Translations under genes and position numbers: made by a program
Part shown: positions 1 through 11,074 of the stretch, piece by piece
Position numbering within the stretch: the first letter of the stretch is position 1
Layout of the letters: each line of letters begins with the position of its first letter
Assembly (NCBI GenBank): GCA_011364925.1
Contig: RDOA01000001.1
Span: 29,997 to 93,996, forward strand
Length of the DNA stretch: 64,000 nt
Direction of reading: 5' to 3'
Source: Promethearchaeota archaeon
Lineage (GTDB): Archaea > Asgardarchaeota > Lokiarchaeia > Sigyniarchaeales > SOKP01
The notes under the pieces: model-generated
Database searches by the model: none
Told to the model about the DNA's origin: nothing
Seen by the model: the letters and a program-made list of their open reading frames with translations, nothing else

Positions 1-1706
1 ACATTAAGGAGAATGTAAAAACCCCGATCGAGTTCCCACACAGTCTTCCAAGTATAATGATGAATTGCTATCCATGGAATCCAATCTTCATTAGCAATAA
101 TCTTTGGATTTCTATTTTGGATATCTTTCTCATTTAACAAACAGATGAGTGAATCCCCCGATTCAACGTACGCAAATATGTTGGGAAGGATTGAATAATT
201 GTAGATTCCTTTAGGGTTTAGATTTAGTAAGACTCCCTGAAAATGCTCTGAATTAACATCAAATCCCATAGGCATTATAGCTACAATTGTACAATGTATC
301 CAAAACAACTTTGTTTTAATTTCTTCGCTTAAATTAGTAAAATCCAAGAATGGTGTCTTAAGGATTGGGGGTTTCAGAACTTTAATGACATTTTTGAAGA
401 TAGCATTTAATTCTGAAATTGTAATAGCAAATACAGACTCAAGATCTATCCCGAACTCTCCTAACGGGTGGTTATGTTTTTGAATAAAAAATCGAACGCG
501 CTCTAAGATTTCTTTGTCCTGCCATGATTCCTCAGGGATATATACCATAAAATGGACGATAGCACAATTAAAGCGATAAAAATCTATATAAACCTCATCA
601 ATCCAACAATCTAAATATTTTCCATTACCAATTTTTATGTTAAAGTTTTTTGATTGAATTACTTCATTTAAATCAGCGCGTAAAAAGCTTCCCACTTTAG
701 GTGGTGAATAATTATCTACAGCACCCGAAGCTAAAATTCCCTCTCCTTTTGCTGACCATCGAAATTTAGGATAATTTTTTCTCAAATATAATAAAATTTT
801 ATTACGATATTCCCGTTCTTCCGCAATCGTATCAAAATCAAATATAAAGTCTGGACTAAACACACCTGTGCCGTAAAAATATAAATCTTCAGCCAATGGC
901 AGTTCTTTTGAGAATACAAATCCTTCTTTTTGTTTTTTCACTTTTGCAATTATTCTCACTCCAAATTCATAGTTTTCCTCTATTAAATCTAACAGCATGT
1001 TATGCCATGCGTCTGGAGTTTTAAGCTTTTTAGAAAATTCGTCGGCCATTTTTATCATATGATCTTTGTAAATTTCGCTTAAATCGTCAATTATGATATT
1101 GGTAAAACCTGCTGATAATAAATCATCAACAAATTCCTTTACCGAAAGGCGAGTCATTTCTGGGAAACCGGCTTCAATAGTTACTCGTTCAAAATATTTA
1201 ACTTTATCTTCTGGCATACTAGGGCAAGGAAGCCATAGCTGGAAAGCTAATACTCCTTGAGGTTTTAATACTCGAGCAATTTCTTTAAAAATTAACGATC
1301 TATCTTTATGAGCTAACCCATCGGCATCTTGACCATAAACAATATCAAACGCAGAATCTCTATAAGGCAATTCAAAAACGTCTGCGATCTTGAAATCAAC
1401 AAAATCTCCGACCCCTTTCTCTGTTGCGTGTTTTTTTGCTACTTCAATTGCACTGTCTAAAATATCCACACCTGAAACTTTCTTTTTGTATTTTTCTCCA
1501 AGCCATATCGCAGTTCCTCCTTCACCGCAACAAATATCTAACGCGCGATCTACTTTTTCTAGGCCAATTCTATCGATTAAATCGTAGGTAGCATTCCACC
1601 CTCCGAAATGTAATTGTTCTCGTGGCTCAGGCCAAAACTCAGCAAGCCGTTCAATGACAATTTTATCTACTTTAGTTCGGAATTTACTCTGTCTCCTCTT
1701 TTCCAT
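1..1706 (-). CDS. Class I SAM-dependent methyltransferase fused to a long C-terminal domain of unknown function (3' end runs off the window)
   Basis: Translated by hand from the ATG at 1706 (MEKRRQSKFRTK...). Open to the window edge for ~568 codons, so absent from the ORF track. Motifs ALDICCGEGG, VSGVDI, ADVFELPYRDSAFDIV, EIARVLKPQG. Confidence 0.85.
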   Translation of the reverse strand, partial: MEKRRQSKFRTKVDKIVIERLAEFWPEPREQLHFGGWNATYDLIDRIGLEKVDRALDICCGEGGTAIWLGEKYKKKVSGVDILDSAIEVAKKHATEKGVGDFVDFKIADVFELPYRDSAFDIVYGQDADGLAHKDRSLIFKEIARVLKPQGVLAFQLWLPCPSMPEDKVKYFERVTIEAGFPEMTRLSVKEFVDDLLSAGFTNIIIDDLSEIYKDHMIKMADEFSKKLKTPDAWHNMLLDLIEENYEFGVRIIAKVKKQKEGFVFSKELPLAEDLYFYGTGVFSPDFIFDFDTIAEEREYRNKILLYLRKNYPKFRWSAKGEGILASGAVDNYSPPKVGSFLRADLNEVIQSKNFNIKIGNGKYLDCWIDEVYIDFYRFNCAIVHFMVYIPEESWQDKEILERVRFFIQKHNHPLGEFGIDLESVFAITISELNAIFKNVIKVLKPPILKTPFLDFTNLSEEIKTKLFWIHCTIVAIMPMGFDVNSEHFQGVLLNLNPKGIYNYSILPNIFAYVESGDSLICLLNEKDIQNRNPKIIANEDWIPWIAIHHYTWKTVWELDRGFYILLN

Positions 1707-1873
1707 AAAAATAACTCCCTAAATTCTAAATATATAAACAACTAAAAATCTATCATTATTAAAATCACCCATTATAAGATTTTATGTCATGTAAACTCGA
1801 TTTTTTTATGAAAGATTTGATATAATATAATTAATTTTTAATTCTAACTATTTTATTAAAAAGAAGCAAAATC

Positions 1874-2854
1874 ATGTCTTATCTCGAAGTGGCAAAGTTA
1901 CATCCAAAATTAGGAAATCTTTTAGAAAAAAATTTTAAAACTAGCAATAATATTGCAGAAGAATTCGCGATTAAAAACGGTGTTAGTGTGGATGACATTA
2001 CTAGTATGAGAGTTAAACCAATTCTTTTGTTAGGTATGCACAGGTATATTGACAACATTATTGCTATCGAAGAAAATAGTTATATCCCAAATAATGTTCA
2101 ATTTATGCGTATTAAAACTGGAGATATCAAATCTGAATGGGTATATACTACAGATTTAGACGAACAAAAAATCCTGTTTCATTTGTTTGGCGGAGGCTAC
2201 ATTATGGGGACTCTAGATACTCGTCGCTGGATTGCATCTCTTTTTATGAGGGAAACTAATATTCGGTGTTTAAATGTTGGATATCGATTAGCACCAGAAC
2301 ATCCTTATCCTACTGCTTTAGAAGATTCAATTTCAGCATATAAGTGGTTATTAACTCAAAAATACGACCCAATGAAGATAATCTTCTGCGGAGAATCAGC
2401 GGGTGGAGGCTTAGCAATAGCAACGATGCTTAAAATCATAAAATTAGGGCTCCCGATGCCCGTGATGGCCGTTCTGATATCACCATGGGTAGATTTGGAG
2501 GGAAAAGGGAAATCTTTAAATACTAATTATAAATACGAACCAATTGTAGCTGATGGTGCGAAATTAATGGCTCAATTATACGCGGGAAAATACAATAAAA
2601 GTGACCCTTATATATCTCCTATTTACGCTGAATTAAGAGGATTGCCACCGCTTTTATTCCAAGCAGGAGGCATCGAAGTCATTCGGGATGAAGTAGAATT
2701 AATAGCGGAACAAGCAAAAAAATCTAGTGTGGAGGTAACATTAGAAATATACGATAGAATGACTCATGTGTTTCAAAGACTTGGTAATAGGTTAGAAGAA
2801 AGCATTGACGCGTGGAGAAGCATCCGGAATTTTATTAACAAGCATGTATCTTAA
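1874..2854 (+). CDS. Alpha/beta hydrolase, GDXG/HSL esterase-lipase family
   Basis: FGGGY oxyanion motif, YRLAPEHPYP, GESAGG nucleophile elbow, C-terminal E/D...MTHVF. Confidence 0.9.
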   Translation: MSYLEVAKLHPKLGNLLEKNFKTSNNIAEEFAIKNGVSVDDITSMRVKPILLLGMHRYIDNIIAIEENSYIPNNVQFMRIKTGDIKSEWVYTTDLDEQKILFHLFGGGYIMGTLDTRRWIASLFMRETNIRCLNVGYRLAPEHPYPTALEDSISAYKWLLTQKYDPMKIIFCGESAGGGLAIATMLKIIKLGLPMPVMAVLISPWVDLEGKGKSLNTNYKYEPIVADGAKLMAQLYAGKYNKSDPYISPIYAELRGLPPLLFQAGGIEVIRDEVELIAEQAKKSSVEVTLEIYDRMTHVFQRLGNRLEESIDAWRSIRNFINKHVS

Positions 2855-2855
2855 C

Positions 2856-3860
2856 CTATCTCTCTTCGATATCAAATGCTTTGAAACGCTGTCTATATTT
2901 AAAATTGAATCCGTGTTCAAGTATAAACTTCTCGATTGCACTCATGTGGGCTACTCCGTAAAAAACCAATATTTCCTGATGGTTTCTGATTAAGTTCAAA
3001 ATTTGGTCTTGAACCATTGAATTTCTTCCTTCTAGTAGATATTCGGGCGTAGTATCCTTGATCTCTCCAAATTGATCAGATAAGAAGTGGATTAAACCAT
3101 TTGCTAATAATTCTCTTCGTTTAGTAATCTCTTGGATTTTTTTAAAATCCAACATACCTAAAACATTAATTAAGAGTAAAGCGATTTGTTTCATGAGCAT
3201 ATTAAGTATTTCTGGTGAAGGTTCCGTTAGCATTTCTTCTACTAGCTCGTTAAGATCCACATTCTTTGTTACACTCCCAACATCCAAATCTGTATGTATC
3301 CAGTTAGACCGTCTAGGAATATCATATATATAATCGATTGCAATCATTTGATGGCTTAAATTCATACTTTCACATAGATATAATTGTACTGGATACAAAT
3401 TTTGAATTCCAAAACCAGTCTTTATACAACCATCATAAATTGCTTTAATTTTATCATCAAAATTTTTCGATTGCTTTTTAACCTTTTTACATAAAGATTT
3501 GACTTCTCGAGTAAGAAACTTCTTGTAAAACTTTTTTAAAAGCTCGTTATATTGTTGCCAAAAATCTTCTACCGATGGAGAGACTATTTCTAAATATTCG
3601 TTAAGGGATTTCGCGGATTTTTCCATTGAGACATCTGAAGGAGTGAGATTCATTTTCTCATATATACAAATTCGATCATGAATATAATCTAGTAAACTAG
3701 CATAATATTCTAAATCTCCGATGTGAATTACGGGTAACAAATGAATTTGAACTTTCTTATCGTTTTGATATACTAAACAATTAGAATACAACGAACTTCC
3801 GTCATAATCTAAGAATTTTAATTCCGTCAAGGTTTCTTTTTTCAATAGATTAAAAATCAA
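2856..3860 (-). CDS. Hypothetical protein, TraB/GumN-like
   Basis: LLPVIHIG near the N-terminus, then EGRN and LVFYGVAHM near the C-terminus, matching the H...RN...GxxH pattern of the TraB/PrgY/GumN superfamily. Confidence 0.55.
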   Translation of the reverse strand: MIFNLLKKETLTELKFLDYDGSSLYSNCLVYQNDKKVQIHLLPVIHIGDLEYYASLLDYIHDRICIYEKMNLTPSDVSMEKSAKSLNEYLEIVSPSVEDFWQQYNELLKKFYKKFLTREVKSLCKKVKKQSKNFDDKIKAIYDGCIKTGFGIQNLYPVQLYLCESMNLSHQMIAIDYIYDIPRRSNWIHTDLDVGSVTKNVDLNELVEEMLTEPSPEILNMLMKQIALLLINVLGMLDFKKIQEITKRRELLANGLIHFLSDQFGEIKDTTPEYLLEGRNSMVQDQILNLIRNHQEILVFYGVAHMSAIEKFILEHGFNFKYRQRFKAFDIEER

Positions 3861-3964
3861 TATTTTGATGTACCTAATAAAGAATTAAGAAAATAAATTG
3901 ATTTTTAATTACAATTATTTAGCTAGATTAATAGCTCAGTACAATAAGAAAATATTAAAAAATT

Positions 3965-4933
3965 TTAAATAAATGTCTCAATTGGGAAATAAAGTGCGAT
4001 GGAAATTAGAGCAGCTATTGGAAATGTGGCTAACCAAATTATCAGGATTTTCCATAATCCTTTTTTAGTCGGAGCTCTCCTAGCTTTTGCTAATCCAATC
4101 AAGGAAGCAACTAACATATGAGAGCCAGATAATGGAATTCCTAATAATGTTCCAAAAAATAATATTACTCCGATTGGAATTTCGCTGGCAAACGCGGTAC
4201 TCGGATGTAATTCCGTTATTGTACCCACATTTTTAATGACGCTACGACCCAATATTACAATACCGCTAGCAAAGCTTAATCCGGTGATTAGAAGCAAAAT
4301 ATTGGTATCTACACCTATTCCCACCCCCACCACGATTCCTACTGCATTAGAGCAATCGTTTCCTGCCCTAGAAAATGCAGTCCAACATATTACAGCAAGT
4401 AAAATATAGGAGAAATATTTTTCAGTTTTTATAAAGCTTTTAAAACCATTTAGTTTACTAATTACAAACTTATGAATTAGTTTATAAGTTCCATAAGTTA
4501 CTAGGTACCCTATAACAGGAGATAATATCCACCAAATCCCCATTTCTAAGATTGTTGACCAATTTACACCAAATCCTCCGCCTTTCAAAAAGCCTATTCC
4601 AATAATAGCACCTATAGTAGCATGAGTAGTGGAAATTGGTAATCCAAATGCAGATGATACTATTAACCAAATAGATGTTGATATTAAAATAGTCAAAACG
4701 ATTGAATTTGTTACTTCGATTGCTAATAGATCTTTTCCCACAGTTTCACTAACATTATTTCCTAATAATGTTGCTCCCAAAATCGCGAAGATTGTAGCTA
4801 ATATAAGTAATTCTTTCATCGATAGAGTTTTGGAACCATACAAAGTCGCCATTGTTTCGTCATTAGCGCCGATACCAAAGCTAATAATAATTGAAATTAT
4901 CAAAAAAATCATTATTATATATAATAAAGCCAT
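3965..4933 (-). CDS. pit: Inorganic phosphate transporter, PiT family
   Basis: GANDxxAT and AGNDCSNA signature repeats, GLPISTTH, PLSGSH; polytopic membrane protein. Confidence 0.92.
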   Translation of the reverse strand: MALLYIIMIFLIISIIISFGIGANDETMATLYGSKTLSMKELLILATIFAILGATLLGNNVSETVGKDLLAIEVTNSIVLTILISTSIWLIVSSAFGLPISTTHATIGAIIGIGFLKGGGFGVNWSTILEMGIWWILSPVIGYLVTYGTYKLIHKFVISKLNGFKSFIKTEKYFSYILLAVICWTAFSRAGNDCSNAVGIVVGVGIGVDTNILLLITGLSFASGIVILGRSVIKNVGTITELHPSTAFASEIPIGVILFFGTLLGIPLSGSHMLVASLIGLAKARRAPTKKGLWKILIIWLATFPIAALISIALYFPIETFI

Positions 4934-4955
4934 TTTAACTCTATACCTTTAATCT

Positions 4956-5609
4956 TTATCTACTTGGATACTTAATAATTAATCCTCTTAAATAATCTGA
5001 TGTTTCTTCTGTCCATGATGCTATTTCATATATATAAGTTACAAGTTTGGAAGTTAGGTAAACTTTAAGCGGATTATCCTCCATTTTGTATAACTTTTCT
5101 AAAAGATCAAATTTCGCAGTTCGAGCTTTTCTTTTTAAACCTTCTATTGTAAATGTTATTTTATAAGCTCCATCAAAATCTGTTTCGATGAGGATGACGC
5201 AATTAATCAATTCTTCAACTGATTTAGTACAAGCATTGCATAGTTCTCTAAACTCATCATTAATGTCTTCGTAAAGCTTGAAAGGATTCACTTTTAGGAA
5301 TCGAGCAAAAAATTCCATTTTATCATTAACAGTATCAATCATCATGAGGATATTATAGCGATCTTCTACTAAAAAAGGAAGTGCCCTTTTATCCTTAAAT
5401 AAAACTTGAGTAAATTTTTCTTTTAACTCGTCGCATTTTCTTTCTGATTGGATTACTCCGTCAAGTAATTCTTTACTTACCTTACCTTCAATAAAACTTG
5501 AGAGCGCTTCGTGTAATATCGCTGAACCGTTTAGTGTTTCGGCTAAAAACTCCTTGTTAATTTCATCAAGTTCATTTTTCTTATCTTTTAATAACTTCAA
5601 GACATTCAC
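4956..5609 (-). CDS. DUF47 / PhoU-like phosphate transport regulator
   Basis: Helical 217-aa protein with ERKCDELK...LPFLVEDR, directly upstream of PiT (the usual DUF47-PiT pair). Confidence 0.8.
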   Translation of the reverse strand: MNVLKLLKDKKNELDEINKEFLAETLNGSAILHEALSSFIEGKVSKELLDGVIQSERKCDELKEKFTQVLFKDKRALPFLVEDRYNILMMIDTVNDKMEFFARFLKVNPFKLYEDINDEFRELCNACTKSVEELINCVILIETDFDGAYKITFTIEGLKRKARTAKFDLLEKLYKMEDNPLKVYLTSKLVTYIYEIASWTEETSDYLRGLIIKYPSR

Positions 5610-5726
5610 CTTCCAAATTTAACGATTCTCTTTATGAGAATTGTTTATTTTTTTATATTCTATTTATTACTTTTTTTATAAAAAAGCTTATGCCTTTATT
5701 AAGACTAATAAAAGCTAGGCTAAGTT

Positions 5727-5761
5727 TTCCTAGATTTAGGAATAACCTAGACCTAAATCTA
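5727..5761. promoter_or_regulatory. Overlapping inverted repeats upstream of the DUF47-pit operon and downstream of purA
   Basis: TAGATTTAGG-N11-CCTAAATCTA (5731-5761) overlaps TTCCTA-GATT-TAGGAA (5727-5742). Confidence 0.4.
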
Positions 5762-5805
5762 AGTATTATTTTATTATTTTTATTAAAAAAAAAATGAAGA
5801 GTAAT

Positions 5806-7143
<1,338 letters not shown>

Positions 7144-7304
7144 CTAATGTATTTTATTTCAGTGGTTAGGAATTATAATTTCTAATTTTTATCAAAAAAG
7201 TAATCCAAAAAGGATTAATCATCAATCTTTATAAAATTTATCTCTGGAAATTTTGGTTATAGATTTATTTTTATAGTAGTATTTTTTTCACTTTTATAGA
7301 AAAA

Positions 7305-8177
7305 ATGCAGAGAAAAACGATTTTATTCGACTTAAATCATAACGAGATGCTTAACCTTAGTGAAGAATTTTCTGATTTTTTAAAAGTTCTTCAAAATCTT
7401 GATCTAAAGATTAAAAAAAACGAAGATAAAGATGTAACCAAGAAATTATTGGAAGATGTTGACGTATTAATATTAGGAAACCCAATTAACGATTATTTCT
7501 CGAACATAGAGATAAAGGACATCGTTAATTATGTGAGGTCAGGAGGTAATTTAATGCTTGTAAGTGAATATGGAGCTGACTACCTTCAAAAAACGAATCT
7601 CAACGATTTAGCGTCTAATTTTGGTATTATCTTTGAGAAGAACTTAATTAAAGAGCAGAATTCACATAATCAGAATTGTAGTAGTATTCTCCATATCCAG
7701 CAATTTCCCACCCATGACGTTGTTTCTGGACTTAGAGAAGTAATAATCGGCGGTGCCTGTTCCCTCTCTTTAAAAAAAGGTGCTAAAGCATTATTAAAAA
7801 CGAATAAAGACAACATATGGTCTGAAGTATATAACAGTAATTCTGAAGAATGGATAAAAAGCAAGAAAGAGCAGCATACATTAGCAGCCTATACAAATTT
7901 TGGACAGGGTAAAATAGTTGCTATTGGAGATATTGATATATTTTGTAGTGACGACAATATAGGGATTAATTCGCGAGACAATTACAAATTTTTACGAAAT
8001 GCCATTAACTGGTTAATTGAACCTATAAAAAGACCAGAAGTGATGTCATTTATCTTGGACCAATTAGGTGAACTGCAATCTGGAGTAAAAGAAGTTCAAA
8101 ATACCATTAATAATATCATTGAAACAATAAGCATTTTAGAAACGAGAATTTCCTTTTTGGAGGAAAAAAAAAGATAA
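7305..8177 (+). CDS. Soluble GIFT-domain (GldG/IFT52-like, DUF4350-like) protein with C-terminal coiled coil
   Basis: TILFD..., DVLILGNP...F...E...YVRSGGNL...TNLN...FGI and GKIVAIGDIDIF...DNYKFLRNAINWL; heptad-like tail LGELQSGVKEVQNTINNIIETISILETRISFLE. Confidence 0.75.
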   Translation: MQRKTILFDLNHNEMLNLSEEFSDFLKVLQNLDLKIKKNEDKDVTKKLLEDVDVLILGNPINDYFSNIEIKDIVNYVRSGGNLMLVSEYGADYLQKTNLNDLASNFGIIFEKNLIKEQNSHNQNCSSILHIQQFPTHDVVSGLREVIIGGACSLSLKKGAKALLKTNKDNIWSEVYNSNSEEWIKSKKEQHTLAAYTNFGQGKIVAIGDIDIFCSDDNIGINSRDNYKFLRNAINWLIEPIKRPEVMSFILDQLGELQSGVKEVQNTINNIIETISILETRISFLEEKKR

Positions 8178-8312
8178 ACAAATTTTAACATCCTATGAAG
8201 TTTTTTAATAAAAGTCGCATAGGAACTCGAGAACTAAACCTATATATTATTACATAAATTATCCTACCTATAATTTTAAGTAAAAATAATCTACTTAATT
8301 CTATTTAAATTA

Positions 8313-9704
8313 GTGAAACAGATGAGTAGTAAATCGTATGATGAAATCTTCTCTGATTTTGAAGAAATTTCTTCCCACTATAAACGGAGCGACCAATATT
8401 TTGACATTTTATACGATTCAATTTCATCAACAACCATAGCAAAAACGCCCTCTGCAGAAAATTTTTCAATAAATGCTAAAAAGTCAGGAATTGTTGCACG
8501 CACTTTTTTAGGAACGTGGAAAGAAGTAGCTATTGATGAAAACTATAAAGTTAGCGAAATTAAGCAAAGGATTCCGAAGTTGATTAACAAGGGTGATGCT
8601 ATAACAGAGTTTGAAAGCTGGGAGATGAATAAAGAGATTAAGCCCAAAATCGACTCATTGAACGTTCCAATCGATGAAAAAATCAAAAATGTGAGAGAAA
8701 TCTTTAATTACGTCAAGAATGTCGATGAAAGGATAATAAATGTTCAAATTAGGTATTTGGAATCATTAATTGAGCGAATTTTTGTTAATAACGAGGGATG
8801 TAAACTCCGACAAGTAATTCCTCGCTCTCGTCTTTATATCATTCCAATAGCTCGGGAGGGATCTGTAGTAGATTATGATTACCTCATTAAGTCCGGAGAA
8901 ATGGGATTCGAAATTTTTGATTTCATTGATAATGATGCATTGGATAAAGCTGTTCAAAATTCTCTTGATATGTTAAACGCGAAATTACCTCCATCAGGTA
9001 GAAACACGATAATTCTAGATCCTAAAATGGCGGGATTAATTGCTCACGAAAGTTTTGGCCACGGACTAGAAGCAGATCAAATATTAAGAGGGCGAAGCTA
9101 CCTGGAGCGACATTTAGGCAAACAAGTCGCGTCCGAAATTAGTACGATCTATGACACTCCTTCCTTAGACAAAAAACTTGGGTCTTACTTTTTTGATGAT
9201 GAGGGAATTAGAGCGGGTCACAATGTATTAGTTGAAAATGGAATATTAAAAAATTTTATCTACGATCGAAGGACAGCTTCTGAACTTAAAGCCATACCTC
9301 AAGGTAATGGGAGGCGAGAAAGTTTTGCCCACCCCGTAAATGTTCGCATGACAAATACCTATTTTGGTTCCGGAGATTATGATCTAAAGGAAATGATCTC
9401 GGAAGTAAAGGAAGGTGTAATGTTAGTGCATGGGTACTTTGGAATGGAGGACCCCCTAGGAGGAGGAATGCAATGTACATCGAAAAAAGCCTATTTAATT
9501 GAAAATGGAGAAAAAACAAAGACTCTTAAGGCTACTGCGTTAAGTGGGGATGTTCTGACTTTATTAAAAAATATAGACGCGATAAGTAAAGATGCTCTGA
9601 AACTCGACGGAGGGACATGTGGGAAAGGTACAGAAGACTATGTTCCCGTTACTTCAGGAGGTAGTTATCTTAGAGCTAAAAACGCGTTAGTAAGTCCGGG
9701 GTGA
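8313..9704 (+). CDS. tldD: TldD metalloprotease subunit
   Basis: HESFGHGLEAD zinc motif, DDEG, GNGRR, RMTNT, GTCGK. Confidence 0.93.
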   Translation: MKQMSSKSYDEIFSDFEEISSHYKRSDQYFDILYDSISSTTIAKTPSAENFSINAKKSGIVARTFLGTWKEVAIDENYKVSEIKQRIPKLINKGDAITEFESWEMNKEIKPKIDSLNVPIDEKIKNVREIFNYVKNVDERIINVQIRYLESLIERIFVNNEGCKLRQVIPRSRLYIIPIAREGSVVDYDYLIKSGEMGFEIFDFIDNDALDKAVQNSLDMLNAKLPPSGRNTIILDPKMAGLIAHESFGHGLEADQILRGRSYLERHLGKQVASEISTIYDTPSLDKKLGSYFFDDEGIRAGHNVLVENGILKNFIYDRRTASELKAIPQGNGRRESFAHPVNVRMTNTYFGSGDYDLKEMISEVKEGVMLVHGYFGMEDPLGGGMQCTSKKAYLIENGEKTKTLKATALSGDVLTLLKNIDAISKDALKLDGGTCGKGTEDYVPVTSGGSYLRAKNALVSPG

Positions 9705-11041
9705 ATGAAATAATGTCAAACGAAAGGTTAGAAGTTATAGAAAATGTATTGAAATCAAAAAAGATTGAAGATTACGAAATATATCTCGTCGATAAAGCCA
9801 TTTTTGAGACTATATTCCTAAAAGATAAATTAGAAAAGGAAAGAGAAGTAAGTTATTTCGAATATTTTATACGCACACTCTCTCAGAAGGGAGATCAAAC
9901 GGGTATAGGTGTAGTTAAAGGGAATTCCCTTGATCCTCGTCAAATCGAAAAAAGTGTCGAGATTAGTCAATTGTTATCTAAAAATAACGCGAGTTCTAAG
10001 TATCAATTTCCAATAAGTGCAAAAATTCAGGATATTAAAACAGCGGATGATAGAATTTTAAAAGATCCGTTAACTATTAAAAAAAACTTAGCTGAAGAAC
10101 TAATTGTAGAAGCCATTCAACAAAAACACGCAACTCCCACCTTTGGACGATTTCGAATTCATAGTTACAATAATTTTTTAAGAAATAGCAATGATTTAAA
10201 TTTAGAAGCCAAAAAGACATTCTTTTTCATTGAATTCGCCTTAAAGGCACAATCGGAGGGAAAATTGTCAGAATTTTGGGAAGTGGGGTATTTCAAAGAG
10301 AAAGAACATTTAAAGTTTAAGGAACGAGTATCTGAATGGGCGAGAAAAGCGAATGATACATTAAAAGCAGAAATTCCTAAACCTTCGAGCAGTGCGATCG
10401 TTGTTTTTCCACCTTCGGTGTTAAGACTTGCCCTTACGCCAGTACTTGGAACACACTCTCTCGGTAAGGCATATTTTGAAAAAATATCTCGATTTAACAT
10501 TGGAGACAAGGTAGCAAGCGATAATATCTCTTTATATGACGATGGATTATTAGAAGGAGGTTTAAATTCGAATTCTTGGGATTCAGAAGGGAATGCTCAT
10601 CAAACAACCGAGGTCATAAAGAATGGAGTCTTTCAAAATAGATTATTCGATCAAAAATACGCAATGTTAGAAGGAGTACAATCCACCGGTAACGCCAGAA
10701 GAGCTGAGAGTGGAACAATCGAAAATGGGTTTAGTAATTTTACGATATCACCTGGAGAGATCTCTTTTAAAGAAATGATTTCAAATATTAAAGAAGGCTA
10801 TTATATAGAACAGTTTTCTTGGCTTAATCCCGATGCAATTTCAGGAAATTTTGGAGCTGAGATTCGAAATGGATATTACATCAAGAATGGTGAGCTCCAA
10901 AATCCAATCAAATTAGGAAATGTGAGTGGGAATGTCCTTGAGATGGTAAAGAATTGCGTATGTATCTCAAAAGAACGCGAATTTACAGAAGATACTCTGT
11001 TTCCATACATGGCATTTAGAACTTTGAATGTATCTTCTTAA
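9701..11041 (+). CDS. pmbA: PmbA/TldE partner subunit
   Basis: WDSEG, STGNA, SGNFG, lacks HExxxH; overlaps tldD by GTGA. Confidence 0.9.
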   Translation: MNEIMSNERLEVIENVLKSKKIEDYEIYLVDKAIFETIFLKDKLEKEREVSYFEYFIRTLSQKGDQTGIGVVKGNSLDPRQIEKSVEISQLLSKNNASSKYQFPISAKIQDIKTADDRILKDPLTIKKNLAEELIVEAIQQKHATPTFGRFRIHSYNNFLRNSNDLNLEAKKTFFFIEFALKAQSEGKLSEFWEVGYFKEKEHLKFKERVSEWARKANDTLKAEIPKPSSSAIVVFPPSVLRLALTPVLGTHSLGKAYFEKISRFNIGDKVASDNISLYDDGLLEGGLNSNSWDSEGNAHQTTEVIKNGVFQNRLFDQKYAMLEGVQSTGNARRAESGTIENGFSNFTISPGEISFKEMISNIKEGYYIEQFSWLNPDAISGNFGAEIRNGYYIKNGELQNPIKLGNVSGNVLEMVKNCVCISKEREFTEDTLFPYMAFRTLNVSS

Positions 11042-11074
11042 GTTTTCTTTGACCCATACCAATTTTTTTCAATT

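Noticed and set aside
8191-8224. TCCTATG-N20-CATAGGA hairpin as a SECIS-like element
   Set aside because: It lacks the 3' GA of the kink-turn core, and no neighbouring gene has an in-frame TGA.
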